Source of the DNA: Planctomycetota bacterium | GTDB lineage: Bacteria > Planctomycetota > PLA2 > JAEUHO01 | NCBI GenBank assembly: GCA_965223505.1 | Contig: CBDCWP010000021.1 | Location: forward strand, 320,001 to 384,000 | Direction of reading: 5' to 3' | Length of the DNA: 64,000 nt | In this document: positions 60,206-64,000 of the stretch, piece by piece | Layout: the number at the start of each line of letters is the position of its first letter | How positions within the stretch are numbered: position 1 is the stretch's first letter | Program-made: the position numbers and the translations under genes | The notes under the pieces: model-generated | Told to the model about the DNA's origin: nothing | The model's input: only the letters and a program-made list of their open reading frames with translations | Database searches by the model: none

Positions 60206-60657
60206 TGATCTGCCCCCGATGAGTGTGCCACCTGGCAACTCACAAGGCTGCTCCCACGGCCAGGTCCGCGGGTAGCCAAGCTGCCGGCGCCGGCGGCTGG
60301 TAACCGGGCGAACTGTGCGGCCTGAAGTGGTTGTACTCCCAGCGCCAGCGTTCGATCAACACCTGGGCTTCCTTCAGGGTGTAGAAGATCTCGCCGTTGA
60401 GCAGCTCGTCGCGCAGCGAGCCGTTGAAGCGCTCGTTGAACCCGTTCTCCCACGGGCTCCCGGGCTCGATGAACAGGGTCCGGACGCCCAGCCCCGCCAG
60501 CCACTCGCGCACGGCCCGCGCGGTGAACTCGCTGCCATTGTCGCTCCTCAAGTGCCCCGGGATCCCGCGCTCGGCCATCAGCTCGCTGAGGCAGTCCAGC
60601 ACGTCATGCGAGCAAAGGCGCCTGGCGACGCGGATCGCCAGGCACTCGCGCGTGTAG
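60206..60657 (-). mobile_element. IS3-family remnant: 3' part of the transposase plus one terminal inverted repeat
   Basis: [47 protein letters not shown]; terminus TGATCTGCCCCCGATGAGTGTGCCAC at 60206-60231; 5' part missing. Confidence 0.85.
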
Positions 60658-60885
60658 CGCGCTCCTTCCACCAGTCGCTCTTCTCTCCCTGTTCCAGGAT
60701 CGCGACGAGGTCAGACGCGCTGGCGAACCGCTCGTCCCGGTCCTCGGCGGTCAGGGTCTGCACGACCTCCTCGAAGAAGGGACTCAACTGCGGGTTCACG
60801 TCCCCCGCCTTCCGGGGCTCCACGTCGAGGATGTTGCGCAGCACCTTGCTCGCGTCCTTGTCTCGATACGGATGCTGACCCGTCG
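60658..60885 (-). pseudogene. Internal fragment of a Ser/Thr kinase gene (C-lobe)
   Basis: TGQHPY..VLRNIL..P...[27 protein letters not shown] matches kinase subdomains IX-XI; fused directly to the IS remnant. Confidence 0.65.
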
Positions 60886-61044
60886 CTGAAGCGGCGTGGG
60901 CGAGCCGGACGAGATCGTCTGCCTGTCGAGTTCTCGAACCAGATGGTCAGCAGGTCGTAGCGGGTAGCACACCTCACCACCACACCGACAGTCGACGGAC
61001 TCGATCCGGGCGGGCGATCGCCCCCAGGAGCGCCCCTGCTGGTG

Positions 61045-64000
61045 TCATCGTCCGTCAGGGTCGAGCAGGTGGGCAAAGGCGCTGCGTTTCTCCGGCGTGA
61101 AGTCGCGCTGGAGCCGCTCGTCGGCGAGCGCAAGCAGATCCGCCGTACGCAACGGCCAGATCCTCGCCGCCTCATCCTGGTAGCCCGTGATGAGCCGCGT
61201 TCCGTCGGGAGAGAAGTTCGCGACCCAAAGATCCCCTGCCAGGCGTGTACGCGACTCACCGTGCGAGCCGCGGAACGCCGCCCGAGGCGTGCCGTCCGCG
61301 TTCCAGAGGCGTGCCGATCCATCACCCGACACCGTCACGATCTGCGTGCCGTCCGGGGAGAAGGTCGCCCAGCGCACGGTGGTTGTGCGGCCGCGGAGCA
61401 CCTGGAGGAGATGCCCCTCGGCATCCCACAGTCGCGCCGTGTGATCGAGGCTCGCGGTGACGATCCGTGAGCCGTCCGGTGAGTAGACCGCCGACCACAC
61501 GACCGTCTCGTGCCCCTCGAGCCTGACGAGGAGCCTTCCTTGCAGGTCGTAGATCATCGCGTTGCCGTCGCCGCAGGCGACCAGGATCCGCGTACCGTCC
61601 GGCGAGAACGACGCCCACCGGACCGTGCCTGCCGACACGTCGATCGTCAACAGCTCCTGCCCCTTCAGGTCCCAGACCCGTGCGGTACGGTCCCGCCCTC
61701 CGGTGAGGATGCGGCGGCCGTCCGGCGAGAAGACGGCGGAGAACACCTGACCCGCGTGGCCGTCGATGGTCAGGATCGGTCGCCCGTCGACGCTCCACAA
61801 GCGGACGTCCGGCCCAGCGATGAGGACCTGGGTGCCGTCGGGAGAGAAGACGCCCGATCGTGGCGCAGCACCCGTGCAATCCCATGAGGCGAGTTGACGT
61901 CCCTGCGTGTCCCAGATGCGCGCGCGTCCCTTGCGGGAGCTCGTGAGGATCCGGTCCCCCTGCGGCGAATAGACCGCCGTCACGACGTTGCTTTCATGCC
62001 CGCGGAGGACGCCCCGATCGATAGCACGCAGGTCCCAGAGCCACGCGCTTGCGTCGCGGGACACGGTGAGCACATGCGAGCGGTCGGGTGCGAAGACTGC
62101 GTCGAGCATGCGAATCCTGTGTCCGCGCAGCCGAGCCACCTCGTGGCCGTCGGGCGTCCAGACCTGGGCGCAGCGGTTGCCTTGGGACCTGGTCAGGATC
62201 CGTTCGCCGTCGGCGGAGAAGGACACGCCCAGCACCTGACCGCCGAATGGACGAAACTCGCCGAGATCGCTGCCGTCCGCGCTCCAGAGACGCGCCGACT
62301 CATCCTCCGACGCGGTCACGATGCGCCCATCGACCGGTGAGACATCGAGGGCGAGGATCGGGCCGCGGTGTCCCTTGAGGAGAGCCACCAACTGGCCGTC
62401 ATGCCCCCAGATCCGGGCGGTTCCGTCCTGCGAGGCCGTCACGATCCGCTCGCCCTCGGGCGTGAACGCCGCCGCCAGGACCGGACCCGTGTGGCCGCGC
62501 AGCACCTGCAGCTCGTCGCCCGCCGCGCTCCAGATGCGTGCCGTCCCATCCGCGGAAGCCGTGAGGATGCGTTGGCCGTCCGCGGACCACGCGGCCAGGC
62601 CGACGGCCTCCTCGTGCCCCCGAAGGACGGCCTGCTCGCCCCCAGCCAGGTCCCACACGCGCGCCGGGCCTTCGGCGGAGGCCGTGAGCACACGGTCCGC
62701 TTGCGGTGAGAACCCGGCCCAGGTGAGGGGCTGCTCGTGCCCCCGCAGGACGGCGAGTTCGCTGCCCTGCGCATCCCATACGCGAGCCGTCCCGTCTTTC
62801 GAGGCCGTGACGATGTGCAAGCCGTCCGGCGAGAAGGCGCCGATCACCAGATCGTCCTCGTGACCGCGCAGGACAGCCAGTTCCCGGCCCGTGAGGTCCC
62901 ACAGGCGCGCGGTCTCGTCCTCCCCTGCCGTGAGGATGCGCGTGCCGTCCGGCGCGAAGACCCCACCGCGGATGGGGCCCACATGGCCCAGCAGGCGGGC
63001 GGCCTCCATCGGACGCGCGAGGGCCTCCTGCAAGCGTGAGAGCGAGGCGAAGTTCGCGTCCATCCGCACCGCCTCGCGCGCCAGCAGGAGCCCCTGCATG
63101 GGGAACGCGGGGCCGTGCTCGGCCGAGGCCGCGGCAAGGGCCATGCTCCGTGATCGCCGGCTGCGCTCGCCAGCCAGCCTCTCGGCCTCGAGCGCCCGGT
63201 CCCGCTCGTGCGTGACAGAGAAGACGAACAGCGTGGTCAGGCAGCCGATCAGGGCAAGCGCCGCGATCGCCGTCGCGGCGACGGCCCGGTTGCGCTGCAT
63301 CCACTTGCGAAACTCGATGAGGGGCCCCACGCGATAGGCCTCCACGACCCGCCCCTCCAGGAAGTGCTTCAAGTCGCGGCCGAGGTCGCTCGCGGATGCG
63401 TATCGCTCGCCGGGGTCGCGCGCCATCGCCTTCGTCGCAAGCGCGACCAGCTCCGGCGGTGCCTTCGGCGCGCGTTCGGCGAGGGGCGTGGGTGGCCCCG
63501 CCGCCTGGGCGAGGAGCACGTCCCTCGCCGTCCGGTGCTTGGACGGATCGGCGTACGGGGCGTGCCCCGCAAGCAGTTGGTAGAGCATGGCCCCGATCGA
63601 ATAGACGTCGCTGCGCGCGTCGACACCGAGCCCCGCGGCCTGCTCGGGTGCGATGTACAGCGGGGTCCCCAGGATGTCGCCGACCCCCGTGAGCTCCCGG
63701 GCACCCGGCGAGCCCGGTTCGGCCATGCGCCCTGTCGTGACGAGCGTGAAGGCCGCCTCCGCCGGGTGGCTCGCTGGCGCCGGTGTCTCGCGGCCCAGGA
63801 CCTTGGCGAGGCCCCAGTCCATCACATACACCTCACCGAACTTCCCGACCATGATGTTGGCCGGCTTCAGATCGCGGTGAATCACGCCCTTGCCGTGGGC
63901 GAACGCCAGCGTGTCGCAGATGCGGCTGAAGACCTGCAGCACACGCGCCTGGGTCCACTCCGGGTCGGAGCCCTCGGCGACGCTTCGAAAGACGTCCCCG
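61045..64000 (-). CDS. Ser/Thr protein kinase with WD40 repeats (5' end beyond the window)
   Basis: [27 protein letters not shown] helix, many GH...FSPDG..TAS.DGTARxW repeats; frame open to the window edge. Confidence 0.93.
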   Translation of the reverse strand, partial: GDVFRSVAEGSDPEWTQARVLQVFSRICDTLAFAHGKGVIHRDLKPANIMVGKFGEVYVMDWGLAKVLGRETPAPASHPAEAAFTLVTTGRMAEPGSPGARELTGVGDILGTPLYIAPEQAAGLGVDARSDVYSIGAMLYQLLAGHAPYADPSKHRTARDVLLAQAAGPPTPLAERAPKAPPELVALATKAMARDPGERYASASDLGRDLKHFLEGRVVEAYRVGPLIEFRKWMQRNRAVAATAIAALALIGCLTTLFVFSVTHERDRALEAERLAGERSRRSRSMALAAASAEHGPAFPMQGLLLAREAVRMDANFASLSRLQEALARPMEAARLLGHVGPIRGGVFAPDGTRILTAGEDETARLWDLTGRELAVLRGHEDDLVIGAFSPDGLHIVTASKDGTARVWDAQGSELAVLRGHEQPLTWAGFSPQADRVLTASAEGPARVWDLAGGEQAVLRGHEEAVGLAAWSADGQRILTASADGTARIWSAAGDELQVLRGHTGPVLAAAFTPEGERIVTASQDGTARIWGHDGQLVALLKGHRGPILALDVSPVDGRIVTASEDESARLWSADGSDLGEFRPFGGQVLGVSFSADGERILTRSQGNRCAQVWTPDGHEVARLRGHRIRMLDAVFAPDRSHVLTVSRDASAWLWDLRAIDRGVLRGHESNVVTAVYSPQGDRILTSSRKGRARIWDTQGRQLASWDCTGAAPRSGVFSPDGTQVLIAGPDVRLWSVDGRPILTIDGHAGQVFSAVFSPDGRRILTGGRDRTARVWDLKGQELLTIDVSAGTVRWASFSPDGTRILVACGDGNAMIYDLQGRLLVRLEGHETVVWSAVYSPDGSRIVTASLDHTARLWDAEGHLLQVLRGRTTTVRWATFSPDGTQIVTVSGDGSARLWNADGTPRAAFRGSHGESRTRLAGDLWVANFSPDGTRLITGYQDEAARIWPLRTADLLALADERLQRDFTPEKRSAFAHLLDPDGR

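Noticed and set aside
61100..63000. DNA-level tandem repeat element
   Set aside because: The periodicity is explained by protein WD40 repeats

Overview
High-GC bacterial chromosome segment. The gene repertoire (DWG-type Ser/Thr kinases with TPR/WD40 repeats, an FGE-sulfatase protein, HEAT/vWA proteins) suggests Planctomycetota; this is an inference. Bases 1-44.9 kb are core-like. They hold a cysteine desulfurase, a trpG/pabA-pyrF-methyltransferase-bshC-bshB1-bshA-sigma70-hemW cluster, parB preceded by two variant parS-like palindromes, a divergent rpmH, nnrD, asparaginase II, a tandem kinase pair, and a secreted thioredoxin-fold protein that the ORF track misses because of an in-frame UGA in a UxxC motif followed by a SECIS-like hairpin (probable selenoprotein). 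A ~13.7 kb defence island is integrated in tRNA-Ser(TGA) (44938-58694). It carries a two-gene Lamassu-like system (Cap4/DUF4297 nuclease + SMC/Rad50-like ATPase), a type I R-M system followed by an inverted in-frame second copy of the hsdR 3' end, a Fic protein and a tyrosine integrase. The two tRNA 3' halves differ by compensatory base changes, which suggests integration swapped the tRNA's 3' half. Beyond the island lie a secreted hypothetical protein, IS3 and kinase remnants, and a WD40 kinase running off the window. Two genes carry single-G frameshifts that look like assembly errors. All family assignments come from motif recognition by eye, not database searches.
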